In this document: positions 12,981-22,900 of the stretch, in pieces
Layout: every line of letters begins with the position of its first letter
Position numbering within the stretch: position 1 is the first letter of the stretch
From: Octopus bimaculoides
Taxonomy: Eukaryota
DNA length: 34,223 nucleotides
Assembly (NCBI RefSeq): GCF_001194135.2
Contig: NC_068996.1
Location: forward strand, 5,571,101-5,605,323
Reading direction: 5' to 3'
Program-made: the position numbers and the translations under genes
The notes under the pieces: generated by a model
What the model saw: the letters and a program-made list of their open reading frames with translations, nothing else
What the model was told of the DNA's origin: nothing
Databases searched by the model: none

Positions 12981-13052
12981 TCTGTTTCAACACACGATTT
13001 CACATCAAAAATCTTGCAAAGCAAAGCAAATATATATATATATATATATATA

Positions 13053-13135
13053 TTCTTTTCTTTTAATTGTTTCAGTCATTTGACCGCGGCCATGATGCTG
13101 GAGCACTGCCTTTAATCGAGCAAATCGAACTTAGG
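13053..13135 (-). mobile_element. SINE family A, 3'-terminal fragment
   Basis: ttgtttcagtcatttgaccgcggccatgatgctggagcactgcctttaatcgagcaaatcga is the reverse complement of the family A 3' end. Confidence 0.8.
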
Positions 13136-13275
13136 ATATGTACTATAGTTTCTAATGCAATCACCAGAGACACACAACTACATGAATTAAAGGCTATCTA
13201 TCAATCTATCTGTGTTTATAAGCCATATAAGAAACACACAAAAACCGTTAGATTCACTACAACATTTAAATTTAA

Positions 13276-13322
13276 TTTGTCAAAATATTTTCGTCGCTTT
13301 CAGACCACGACCTGTTCACTGA
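13276..13322 (-). ncRNA. Variant hammerhead motif (G3-C8), stem I 5' strand truncated
   Basis: Minus strand TCA-GTGAACA-G-GTCGT(GGTCTGAAA)GCGAC-GAA-AATATT-T-TGACAAA. Confidence 0.55.
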
Positions 13323-13337
13323 GATGCAGCACGGAAT

Positions 13338-13388
13338 TTTGTCAGTGAACAGGTAGCGGCCTCAAAGCGACGAAAATATTTTGACAAA
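13338..13388 (+). ncRNA. Variant minimal type I hammerhead motif (G3-C8 core)
   Basis: TTTGTCA-GTGAACA-G-GTAGC(GGCCTCAAA)GCGAC-GAA-AATATT-T-TGACAAA: 7-bp stem I, core with both 3 and 8 swapped, palindromic stem III AATATT. Confidence 0.62.
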
Positions 13389-14139
13389 TTATATTTAGAT
13401 GTTCAAGTGAATCTAACGGTTTTTGTGTATTATTTTAAATGGCTTATAAACACCTTCCACGCTGCAATCGTTTATATACGTACATTATATATANNNNNNN
13501 NNNNNNNNNNNNNNNNNNNNNNNNNNNNNNNNNNNNNNNNNNNNNNNNNNNNNNNNNNNNNNNNNNNNNNNNNNNNNNNNNNNNNNNNNNNNNNNNNNNN
13601 NNNNNNNNNNNNNNNNNNNNNNNNNNNNNNNNNNNNNNNNNNNNNNNNNNNNNNNNNNNNNNNNNNNNNNNNNNNNNNNNNNNNNNNNNNNNNNNNNNNN
13701 NNNNNNNNNNNNNNNNNNNNNNNNNNNNNNNNNNNNNNNNNNNNNNNNNNNNNNNNNNNNNNNNNNNNNNNNNNNNNNNNNNNNNNNNNNNNNNNNNNNN
13801 NNNNNNNNNNNNNNNNNNNNNNNNNNNNNNNNNNNNNNNNNNNNNNNNNNNNNNNNNNNNNNNNNNNNNNNNNNNNNNNNNNTATATATATATATATATA
13901 TATATATATCTGATAGCTGTAATATATGCCTTATGTTCACTTTTATATTTTGAGTATTATTGACATTATTCAAGAAAATATTGATTCTCATTGACACCGC
14001 AATCACAATTCACATAGAACTAAAAAAAATATCTTATCGACCAAAGTAAACTTCGACAAATTTAATTTCTGTAATAGTAAATAATTCGAAATGCACTTCA
14101 GTGACTATGTCATTGTGGATTTAGTTAATTTGCCTGATA

Positions 14140-14340
14140 ATTGGACTCATGGTTGTAAGAATGTGGTTTCGATTCCTGGACCGGACGACGCGTAGTGTTC
14201 TTGAGCAAAACACTTACCTTTCACGTCGCTCCAGTCCACTCAGCTACTAAAAGTGAGTAATGCTTCGTCGGACTGGCATCCCATCCAGGAAGGACGCCAG
14301 AGAAACCGGCCCTATAATCCTTACAGAATAATGTGGACTA
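14140..14340 (+). mobile_element. Degenerate SINE related to family C
   Basis: B-box ggtttcgattcc, gtgttcttgagcaaaacactt, ggactggcatcccatccagg, agaaaccggccctat. Confidence 0.6.
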
Positions 14341-14559
14341 ACCTAACCACACACACGCACGCACAGACATCCTCTACATATGTGACGAAGCCAATAACAT
14401 GCGAAAATATCGAAGTCACTAATAGCAACGCATTTCCTTCTATAATAAGGTGTATATAATATATACCTCATCGATTTTTCAATTTTTTTTTATCCACAGC
14501 AAAATGAATATGACGCTAAATATTTTAAAGCACACTATCAATTTTTATAAGTTTTATTA

Positions 14560-14940
14560 CACCCACACAAACACGCGCACGCACACATACAAACACATAC
14601 ACACAAACACACACACACAAATACACACACAAACACACAAACACATACACACAAACACACATACAAACACACACACACATACAAACACACACACACATAC
14701 AAACATACACACACACACAAAAACACACACATACAAGCACACATACACAAACGCACACACACAAACGTACACACACAAACACACACTCACAAAACACAAA
14801 CAAACACAAACGCACGCACACACACACAAACATACACAAACACACACAAACACACACACACAAACACACACACACGAACAAATACACATACACACACACA
14901 CACATACACACAAACACACACACACACACAAACATGCACA
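14560..14940. repeat. Degenerate (CA)n/(CAAACA)n microsatellite
   Basis: Directly visible. Confidence 0.95.
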
Positions 14941-15199
14941 CATCAACAACTGTTAACATTAACATTGTTTTGAAACAGAGTATACGTGCAATACACTTAC
15001 CACAAAGGAATGCCTTCCGTCACATCGGTGCATCGTAAATATTCAAAGTTTCTCAGTACCCGGACTCTTGCAAACTCGTCTAAAATAATCGCGGCACATC
15101 TACGGGCTATATGCGGCACAAAAATTTGTCAGGTCATAATGGTTTAAAACATCTAGAATATATCATGACTTAGCCACCTATTTTTTGTTGCCAGTTCAT

Positions 15200-15607
15200 A
15201 TATTCTTTTATTCTTTTACTTGTTTTAACAATTTGACTGCGGCCATACTGGAGTACTGCCATTAGTCGAGCAAATCGACTAGTAGATTTGTTCTTTGTAA
15301 GGTTAGTACTTATTCTATCGGCCTCTTTTGCTGAACCGCTAAGTTACGGGAACGTATACACACCAGCATCGGTTGTCAAGCAATGTTGGGGTGGGGACAA
15401 ATACAGATACATAAACACACACACATGCACACAAACACACATGCACACACACACACATATATATATGTGTTTCCGTCTACCAGATCCACTCACAAGGCTT
15501 TGGTCGGGCCGAGGCTACAGTAAAAGATACTTGTCGCAGGTACTACGCAGTGAGACTGCACCCGGAACCATGTGGTTGGTAGCAAGCTACTTACCACACA
15601 GCCGCTC
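15200..15607 (-). mobile_element. Near full-length SINE family A with internal microsatellite
   Basis: Head 15469-15607, (CA)/(TA) tract about 15410-15468, 3' half 15200-15410; this copy shows that the two halves are one element. Confidence 0.88.
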
Positions 15608-15736
15608 ATATAATATAATATAATATAATATAATATAATATAATATAATATATAATATATATATATGTATGTATGTATATAATATAATATAATATATACA
15701 TGCAAGCATGCATGCATACATACATACATACATACA

Positions 15737-15765
<29 letters not shown>

Positions 15766-15767
<2 letters not shown>

Positions 15768-16480
15768 CACCCACATGATAAGCAGTTGTCTGAAAAGGTC
15801 ATCACGGTATTATCTACCGATGAGACATGATGTTGTAGTTTGGACACTCTGTAAGGAAATCCGCCTGAAGGATAACCTCGAGGACAAAGAAATGAAAACC
15901 CATTTTATGGTGGAATGTCCCAGTGAAGACCTCAAAAAATGTAAGCACAATAGACTTGATATAATGATTTGGGATAGAGAAGAGAAGCTGTGTAGTACAG
16001 TTGTGGAAATTAGCTGCCCAGCGAATGTCAACATAAAACTAAAGATCAGTGAAGAAAAGAGAATAGCTATGCTGAACTATTGAGAAATTTGCAGTTAATC
16101 TATCCAGATTAAAAGTTCAGGTTTATACCTGTAACTACTGAGGCCATGGGATATGTAACACACTGCCTAAATACCAATCTTGAGAAATTAGGCTTCTCAA
16201 AACCAGAAAGGAGGAAGCTACAAAACCAATCCATCACTGGAACTGTAAAAATCTGTAAAACTTTCCAGAAGTTTATCATTTAAATATATATGAGCATGTC
16301 TAGATATGCAACTGTATGCATGAGGAAACTTACATAAAACAAACCATACAAATCTGCACATACGCATACATACATACAAACAAGTATGATGTTGAAATTC
16401 CAATGAAGGAGTCTTGAATTTAGGTTAGAAACCGCCTCTTTCTCTATTGGCAAGAAATATTGAAATAAAACTGAACAATG
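15766..16480 (+). mobile_element. 5'-truncated R4/Dong-clade non-LTR retrotransposon (zinc-knuckle end, restriction-like endonuclease, 3' UTR), disrupted
   Basis: Translates ITHMISSC...YYLPMRHDVV (H-x4-C plus RHD motif) and KHNRLDIMIWDREEKLC...VEISCP...FRFIP (R-[P]-D-I...E of a PD-(D/E)xK RLE domain). AATAAA at 16464. Flanked by (CATA)n on both sides. Confidence 0.8.
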
Positions 16481-16537
16481 ATATACATACATACATACAT
16501 ACATACATACATACATACATACATACATACATACATA

Positions 16538-17103
16538 ACTGTTCCTATATGGTTGTGGAACGAGGAAAGGCTAAAATCCACCCTAACAACATCTCCATCA
16601 ATGGCCTATCTGTTTCTCCAATAGCCACTCATAATAAAAAGGAGTACTGGTGGAATGTACCAGTGAAAACCTCAATAAAATGTAAACACAACAGATCTGA
16701 TATAATGATTTGGGATAGAGAAGAGAAACTGTGTACAGTTGTGGACATCAGCTGCCCTTCGGATGTTAATATGAAGCTGAAGATCAGTGAAAAAGAGAAT
16801 CTCTACGCTGAACTATTGAGAAATTTGCAGTCACTCGATCCAGATTAAAAGTTCAGGTTTATACCTGTAATTATTGGAGCACTTGGATGTGTAATACACT
16901 GCTTAAGTACCAATCTTGAGAAATTAGGCTTCTCAAAACCAGAGAAAGCTAATTCGAAGACTACAGATCCAATCCATCGCTGGAACTAAAAATCTATAAA
17001 ACTTTCGGAAGTTTATCATTTAAATATACATGAGCATGTCTAGATATGAAAATATATGCATGAGAATACATAAGTAAAACAAAACGTACAAATCTACATG
17101 TAC

Positions 17104-17105
<2 letters not shown>
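16538..17105 (+). mobile_element. Second R4/Dong-clade fragment, tandem to the first
   Basis: EYWWNVPVKTSIKCKHNRSDIMIWDREEKLCTVVDISCPSDVN...YAELLRNLQ...FRFIPVIIGALG; nucleotide-colinear with 15905-16375. Confidence 0.8.
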
Positions 17106-17135
<30 letters not shown>

Positions 17136-17761
17136 TATTAATGTCACTATTATCGTTATTTTTATTACTACGATGATAATTTCACTTCTTAAGCATTTTA
17201 CTTTTCGCCATTAGCTTTATTTATATCTTAGCGTTTGTGTGCAGATACGCGTAGACCCATACAAGGCCAGCTTTCAACCTTCGTCCTCTGTATCCCTATA
17301 CTTACGAACTCTTTGCCCTCAATTTATTCAGCTACCGACTAATGCCCGTCTTCCTTGCATTCTTTCTTTCCCTTTATTATCTCTCTTCTTTTTCTTTTTC
17401 TCTTCCTACATACTCTCTACAAACATTCTCTTTCTTCCAGTCTTACTGTTTTTTATCTCTTCCCTCTCTTTATCTCTCCCAGTCTCTCCTCCTAATCATC
17501 TGTCTTTTTCAGTTGTACTCAAAAATGTATGGGTTTGAGTACACTCACGTGTTTTTACGTGTGTGTGTGTGCAAGTTCATGTGTGTATATATGTGTTTGC
17601 AGCCGCGAGTGTATGGGTGTGCATGTGTATGTGTGTGTGTGTATTTGTGTGTGTGTGTACATGTGCGTGTATGTATAGATATATACATATATATATATAT
17701 TCACATACATACGCATTATTATATCAATAATAATAACACACGCACTGGTTCAATATCACTT

Positions 17762-18040
17762 TCTTTTGTTAGTCAATTGGTTAAATATCTAACTCACTAA
17801 CTAATTAATCGATACGTTGTTTAATATGTTGGTCAAACAATCAATCGATTATTTGTTTGTCAAAATCCTTTCGTCGCTACTCACAGACCTTGAAGGAAGA
17901 AGAAATGTCATTGATAAGGCCACGAATATTGACGGAAGAATTTTGACAAATAAACAAATGATTGATTGCTTAACCAATACATCAAAGAAATTATCGATTA
18001 GTTAGTTGGGTTGATATTTAATTGATTGACTAACAATAGA
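17762..18040. repeat. Fold-back element 3: about 110-bp diverged inverted arms
   Basis: ttgttagtcaattggttaaatatc...ctaactaattaatcgata...caatcaatc...tttgtcaaaat pairs with attttgacaaa...gattgattg...tatcgattagttag...gatatttaattgattgactaacaa. Confidence 0.8.
17906..17948 (+). ncRNA. Decayed hammerhead-like motif (U3-A8 core)
   Basis: TGTCA-TTGATAA-G-GCCA(CGAATAT)TGAC-GGA-AGAATT-T-TGACA: same spacing as 13338-13388; G at position 13 and a stem II mismatch indicate decay. Confidence 0.4.
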
Positions 18041-18056
18041 GAAATAATAATTAATC

Positions 18057-18165
18057 AGTGCATGTGTTTATTATTATTGACATGACAACCTTCCCAAGAC
18101 GCGACAAGATTTGTTTCAACACACGAATTCGCATCAAGAGTCTTGCAAAACCAAATGCAAAGACG
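18057..18165 (+). repeat. Diverged copy of the fold-back 1 right arm plus flank (12923-13030)
   Basis: cagtgcatgtgtttatt...atgacaaccttcccaag...tgtttcaacacacgaattcgcatcaagagtcttgcaaa versus cagtgcgtgtgtttttatt...atgaccatccccaag...tgtttcaacacacgatttcacatcaaaaatcttgcaaa. Confidence 0.75.
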
Positions 18166-18874
18166 AAATATAAAGGGACAGGGAGAGAGAGAGAGAGAGG
18201 AGGGAGNNNNNNNNNNNNNNNNNNNNNNNNNNNNNNNNNNNNNNNNNNNNNNNNNNNNNNNNNNNNNNNNNNNNNNNNNNNNNNNNNNNNNNNNNNNNNN
18301 NNNNNNNNNNNNNNNNNNNNNNNNNNNNNNNNNNNNNNNNNNNNNNNNNNNNNNNNNNNNNNNNNNNNNNNNNNNNNNNNNNNNNNNNNNNNNNNNNNNN
18401 NNNNNNNNNNNNNNNNNNNNNNNNNNNNNNNNNNNNNNNNNNNNNNNNNNNNNNNNNNNNNNNNNNNNNNNNNNNNNNNNNNNNNNNNNNNNNNNNNNNN
18501 NNNNNNNNNNNNNNNNNNNNNNNNNNNNNNNNNNNNNNNNNNNNNNNNNNNNNNNNNNNNNNNNNNNNNNNNNNNNNNNNNNNNNNNNNNNNNNNNNNNN
18601 NNNNNNNNNNNNNNNNNNNNNNNNNNNNNNNNNNNNNNNNNNNNNNNNNNNNNNNNNNNNNNNNNNNNNNNNNNNNNNNNNNNNNNNNNNNNNNNNNNNN
18701 NNNNNNNNNNNNNNNNNNNNNNNNNNNNNNNNNNNNNNNNNNNNNNNNNNNNNNNNNNNGAGAGAGAGAGAGGGAGAGAGAGAGAGGGAGAGAGAGAGAG
18801 GGAGAGAGAGTAGTTATATAGATATAGATACACACACTTTTGTGTAAGCGTGTGTGTGTGCGTACGCTCGCTCT

Positions 18875-18990
18875 ATAGGCGGAGGCTTAAAAATTTCACT
18901 TCCAGGAGGATTCGGGTTCGATCCACTGCAATTTCAACTTGTGTAAACAGAGTTTTATATAATCTCGAGTCGATCTATACCTTGTTAGTA
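18875..18990 (+). mobile_element. Highly degenerate SINE family A 5' part
   Basis: gggttcgatccactgc...tataatctcgagtcgatctataccttgttagt aligns loosely to the family A head. Confidence 0.45.
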
Positions 18991-20082
18991 AAATTAGGAC
19001 GAATACAGAAGCACGTAGATGCCAGTAGGGTGGATTGTAACCGCGAATCAAAATGTACAGCCTTGTCCACATTGTATCACGTAACTGTGGTTTTGCTAAC
19101 CACATACACGTTAGTTCAAAGGTAGGTAATTCACTGGACTGAACAAGGGAAATTCAATACTGCAAATAGCGATCAGGGTTTCGCCTATGGACGTAAATTT
19201 ACTTTGTGAAAATCAGGCTTATTAAACTTTTTTTTTTAATTCAGACTTCAGTTTCAGAATCGCTAATAATTTTAGCTTCTTTCCCCAACTGGGAACGAAA
19301 TTTGATCCAATTGTTTTTTTTTTAATTATATACACCATTCGGGGCATCACCTCTGGACGTATTAATGGATGTATATTTCGATGTGAAAACTGTCCTGATT
19401 TAACAATATATATGTGTGTATAAGAGTGTATACAGTAAATTCTTATATATATATATATATATNNNNNNNNNNNNNNNNNNNNNNNNNNNNNNNNNNNNNN
19501 NNNNNNNNNNNNNNNNNNNNNNNNNNNNNNNNNNNNNNNNNNNNNNNNNNNNNNNNNNNNNNNNNNNNNNNNNNNNNNNNNNNNNNNNNNNNNNNNNNNN
19601 NNNNNNNNNNNNNNNNNNNNNNNNNNNNNNNNNNNNNNNNNNNNNNNNNNNNNNNNNNNTGTGTGTGTGTGTGTGTGTGTGTGTATACCTACATAAACTT
19701 TCTCTTCTAGAAACGTTAGCTGTACCGTTATAATGTAGGGTGAATATAGTGATAATAACAATAATCCTTGGATGAAATTTATACATAATTTATAATGCAT
19801 CGCTACGCGCGTTTCCACAAGTCACACGTCTGTTAAGATCACAGTCCGTATTCCTGAGATCATCACAGTATAATCTGTTGTATCCATGGGCTTTGGGATG
19901 AGCATTTTCATGGATTCATCCCTCTGTTAAACATTCATTAATGTTATATCGCCTGAAGAAATTAATCCTTGAAGATGATCAGCCAGATCTCCACGGATTA
20001 TTGTTATTATTAGTATGTACATATATATATATATATATATACACGCACACACACACACACACACATACACTCACATATTTAT

Positions 20083-20295
20083 ATTTCTTTATTGCCCACA
20101 GGGGCTAAACATAGAGGGGACAAACAAGGACAGACAAAAGGATTATGTCGATTACATCAATACCAGTGCATAACTGGTACTAAATTTATCGACCCCGAAA
20201 GGATGAAAGGCAAAGTCGACCTCGGCGGAATTTGAATTCAGAACGAAACGGCACACGAAATACCGCTAAGCTAACGGTTCTGCCATCTCACCGCC
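20083..20295 (-). mobile_element. SINE family B
   Basis: gtcgattacatc...ctggtactaaatttatcgaccccgaaaggatgaaaggcaaagtcgacctcggcggaatttgaattcagaacg...ctgccatctcaccgcc. Confidence 0.88.
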
Positions 20296-20950
20296 ATATA
20301 TATATATATATATATACATATATACCTGTGTAGGTGTGTGTGTGCGTGTGTGAAAATGTACAACTATGAAAGGCAAAAGAAAAATACTTTATAAGAATTC
20401 TAAATCCGAAATTAAACCGAAAATAGCCAATGCTCCATAGAATAAACAATGGTAAGAGAATATTTATGACCAAAGCCATGAGTCCGAAAATAAACTAGAA
20501 ATAATACCACCATAAAAATAACAACTTCCTCTTTAAACTCTCACGCGCTAGAACAAGACTTCTTCCCAAAAAAGTCAGTAACATCCTCATAAAAGATTTC
20601 ATAACATTTTTTAAAGAACAATTTTGTTTTCTTAAAAATGACCTGTACACTTCAAAAACTCTGTTAAGTAATCCTCATAGACTTTCAAAGATATATATAT
20701 ATATATATATGACCGCAGCCACTTGGCTGAAACACATAAATAAATAAATATAAACAATATATGAGTATATGCATATATATGTACATGTATGTACATACCT
20801 TCATCTACATGTATATATAGATACAAAACTGGGTACATGACGTGGCAAAAGAACATGGACAAAATGATAAACAAGGTACAACAAACAAGCAAGCCACATA
20901 GAAACATCTCCTTCATCAGCTGCCACCATTAACCTTTATACAGTAAGTTT

Positions 20951-20981
<31 letters not shown>

Positions 20982-21011
20982 ATGTGTGTGTGTGTGTGTG
21001 TGTGTGTATAC

Positions 21012-21042
<31 letters not shown>

Positions 21043-21120
21043 TGTGTGTATGTATGTATGTATGTATGTATGTATGTATGTATGTATGTATGTATGTATG
21101 GAGGGATGTTTGTATGTATA

Positions 21121-21328
21121 GAGTAATCCCTCGACTATCGCGGGTGTTACGTTCCAACCCCACTCCCCTGCGATAGGGGAAAATCTGCCAACTAGAAACA
21201 GTACTGTGCTGTATATTTTTTTATTAATTTTAAAAATTGTATATATTTCATTATATATGAAAAACAACACCACGAAGGAATCGACGCAAACCGCGATAGG
21301 TGAACCGCGATATAGCGAGAGATTACTG
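21121..21328. mobile_element. Tigger/pogo-like (Tc1/mariner superfamily) MITE
   Basis: TA|gagtaatccctcgactatcgcgg ... ccgcgatatagcgagagattactg|TA: about 23-bp imperfect TIRs, TA target duplication, no ORF. Confidence 0.8.
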
Positions 21329-22383
21329 TATATGTTGGTGTGCATGGGTGTATGTGCGTGTTGTGCTTTATAACAGCGCGCAATTTGGAAATATTCTCAT
21401 TAATGGAAGACTCAAGAAAGAAAATTCTTCCCACCGAACTGTTAATCTTTAACGATTCTTGATCTGTGAAAAAGTTACATCGGGACGATTGTTAATCTAA
21501 TCAGAACGAATCTTCCTTATGCTATGCAACTTGTTTAACGTGAGATTATTTGATTCTGTCTCTCGACGCTTTGTGTCTATGTATAATATATGTATATATA
21601 TATATATNNNNNNNNNNNNNNNNNNNNNNNNNNNNNNNNNNNNNNNNNNNNNNNNNNNNNNNNNNNNNNNNNNNNNNNNNNNNNNNNNNNNNNNNNNNNN
21701 NNNNNNNNNNNNNNNNNNNNNNNNNNNNNNNNNNNNNNNNNNNNNNNNNNNNNNNNNNNNNNNNNNNNNNNNNNNNNNNNNNNNNNNNNNNNNNNNNNNN
21801 NNNNNNNNNNNNNNNNNNNNNNNNNNNNNNNNNNNNNNNNNNNNNNNNNNNNNNNNNNNNNNNNNNNNNNNNNNNNNNNNNNNNNNNNNNNNNNNNNNNN
21901 NNNNNNNNNNNNNNNNNNNNNNNNNNNNNNNNNNNNNNNNNNNNNNNNNNNNNNNNNNNNNNNNNNNNNNNNNNNNNNNNNNNNNNNNNNNNNNNNNNNN
22001 NNNNNNNNNNNNNNNNNNNNNNNNNNNNNNNNNNNNNNNNNNNNNNNNNNNNNNNNNNNNNNNNNNNNNNNNNNNNNNNNNNNNNNNNNNNNNNNNNNNN
22101 NNNNNNNNNNNNNNNNNNNNNNNNNNNNNNNNNNNNNNNNNNNNNNNNNNNNNNNNNNNNNNNNNNNNNNNNNNNNNNNNNNNNNNNNNNNNNNNNNNNN
22201 NNNNNNNNNNNNNNNNNNNNNNNNNNNNNNNNNNNNNNNNNNNNNNNNNNNNNNNNNNNNNNNNNNNNNNNNNNNNNNNNNNNNNNNNNNNNNNNNNNNN
22301 NNNNNNNNNNNNNNNNNNNNNNNNNNNNNNNNNNNNNNNNNNNNNNNNNNNNNNNNNNNNNNNNNNNTATATATATATATATC

Positions 22384-22740
22384 ACACCTTGGGCAAGTGT
22401 CTTCTACTATAGCCTCGGGCCGACCAAAACCTTGTGATTAGATTTAGTAGACGGAAACTGAAAGAAGTCCGTCGTATATATGTGTGTGTATGTGTGTGTG
22501 TCCGTGTGTGTGTGTGTGTCCGTGTGTGTGTGTGTCCGTGTGTGTGTGTGTGTGTGTGTTCGTGAGTCTGTGCTTGTCCTCCCACTTTCGCTTGACAACC
22601 GATGCTGGTGTGTTTATGTCCTCATAACCCAGCGGTTCAGCTAAAGAGACCTTACAAAGAATAAGTCCTTTGTTCGACTAAAGGCGGTGCGCAAGCATGG
22701 CCGCAGTCAAATAACTGAAACAAATAAAAGAATAAAAGAA
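22384..22740 (+). mobile_element. SINE family A (head lost in gap) with internal (TG)/(GTGTGTCC) microsatellite
   Basis: caccttgggcaagtgtcttc...gaaactgaaagaagtccgtcg, then microsatellite, then cgcttgacaaccgatgctgg...aaataaaagaataaaagaa. Confidence 0.88.
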
Positions 22741-22853
22741 TATATTATTAGTATTGTTGTTATTGTTAATATTATTATTATTATTATTTTTATTATTATT
22801 ATCATTATTATTATTATTATTTATCATTATTATTATTATCATTATTATTATTA

Positions 22854-22900
<47 letters not shown>

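Larger units (their letters stand above)
13212..13453. repeat. Fold-back element 2: about 111-bp imperfect inverted arms, 19-bp spacer
   Basis: gtgtttataagccat...aaaaaccgttagattcact...ttgtcaaaatattttcgtcgcttt...acctgttcactga pairs with tcagtgaacaggt...aaagcgacgaaaatattttgacaa...agtgaatctaacggttttt...atggcttataaacac. Confidence 0.93.

Noticed and set aside
19335-19410. GRINGCIFRCENCPDL resembling a ZZ zinc-finger fragment
   Set aside because: It lacks the first CxxC and the DLC continuation, has no convincing splice sites, and is a short match next to a microsatellite.
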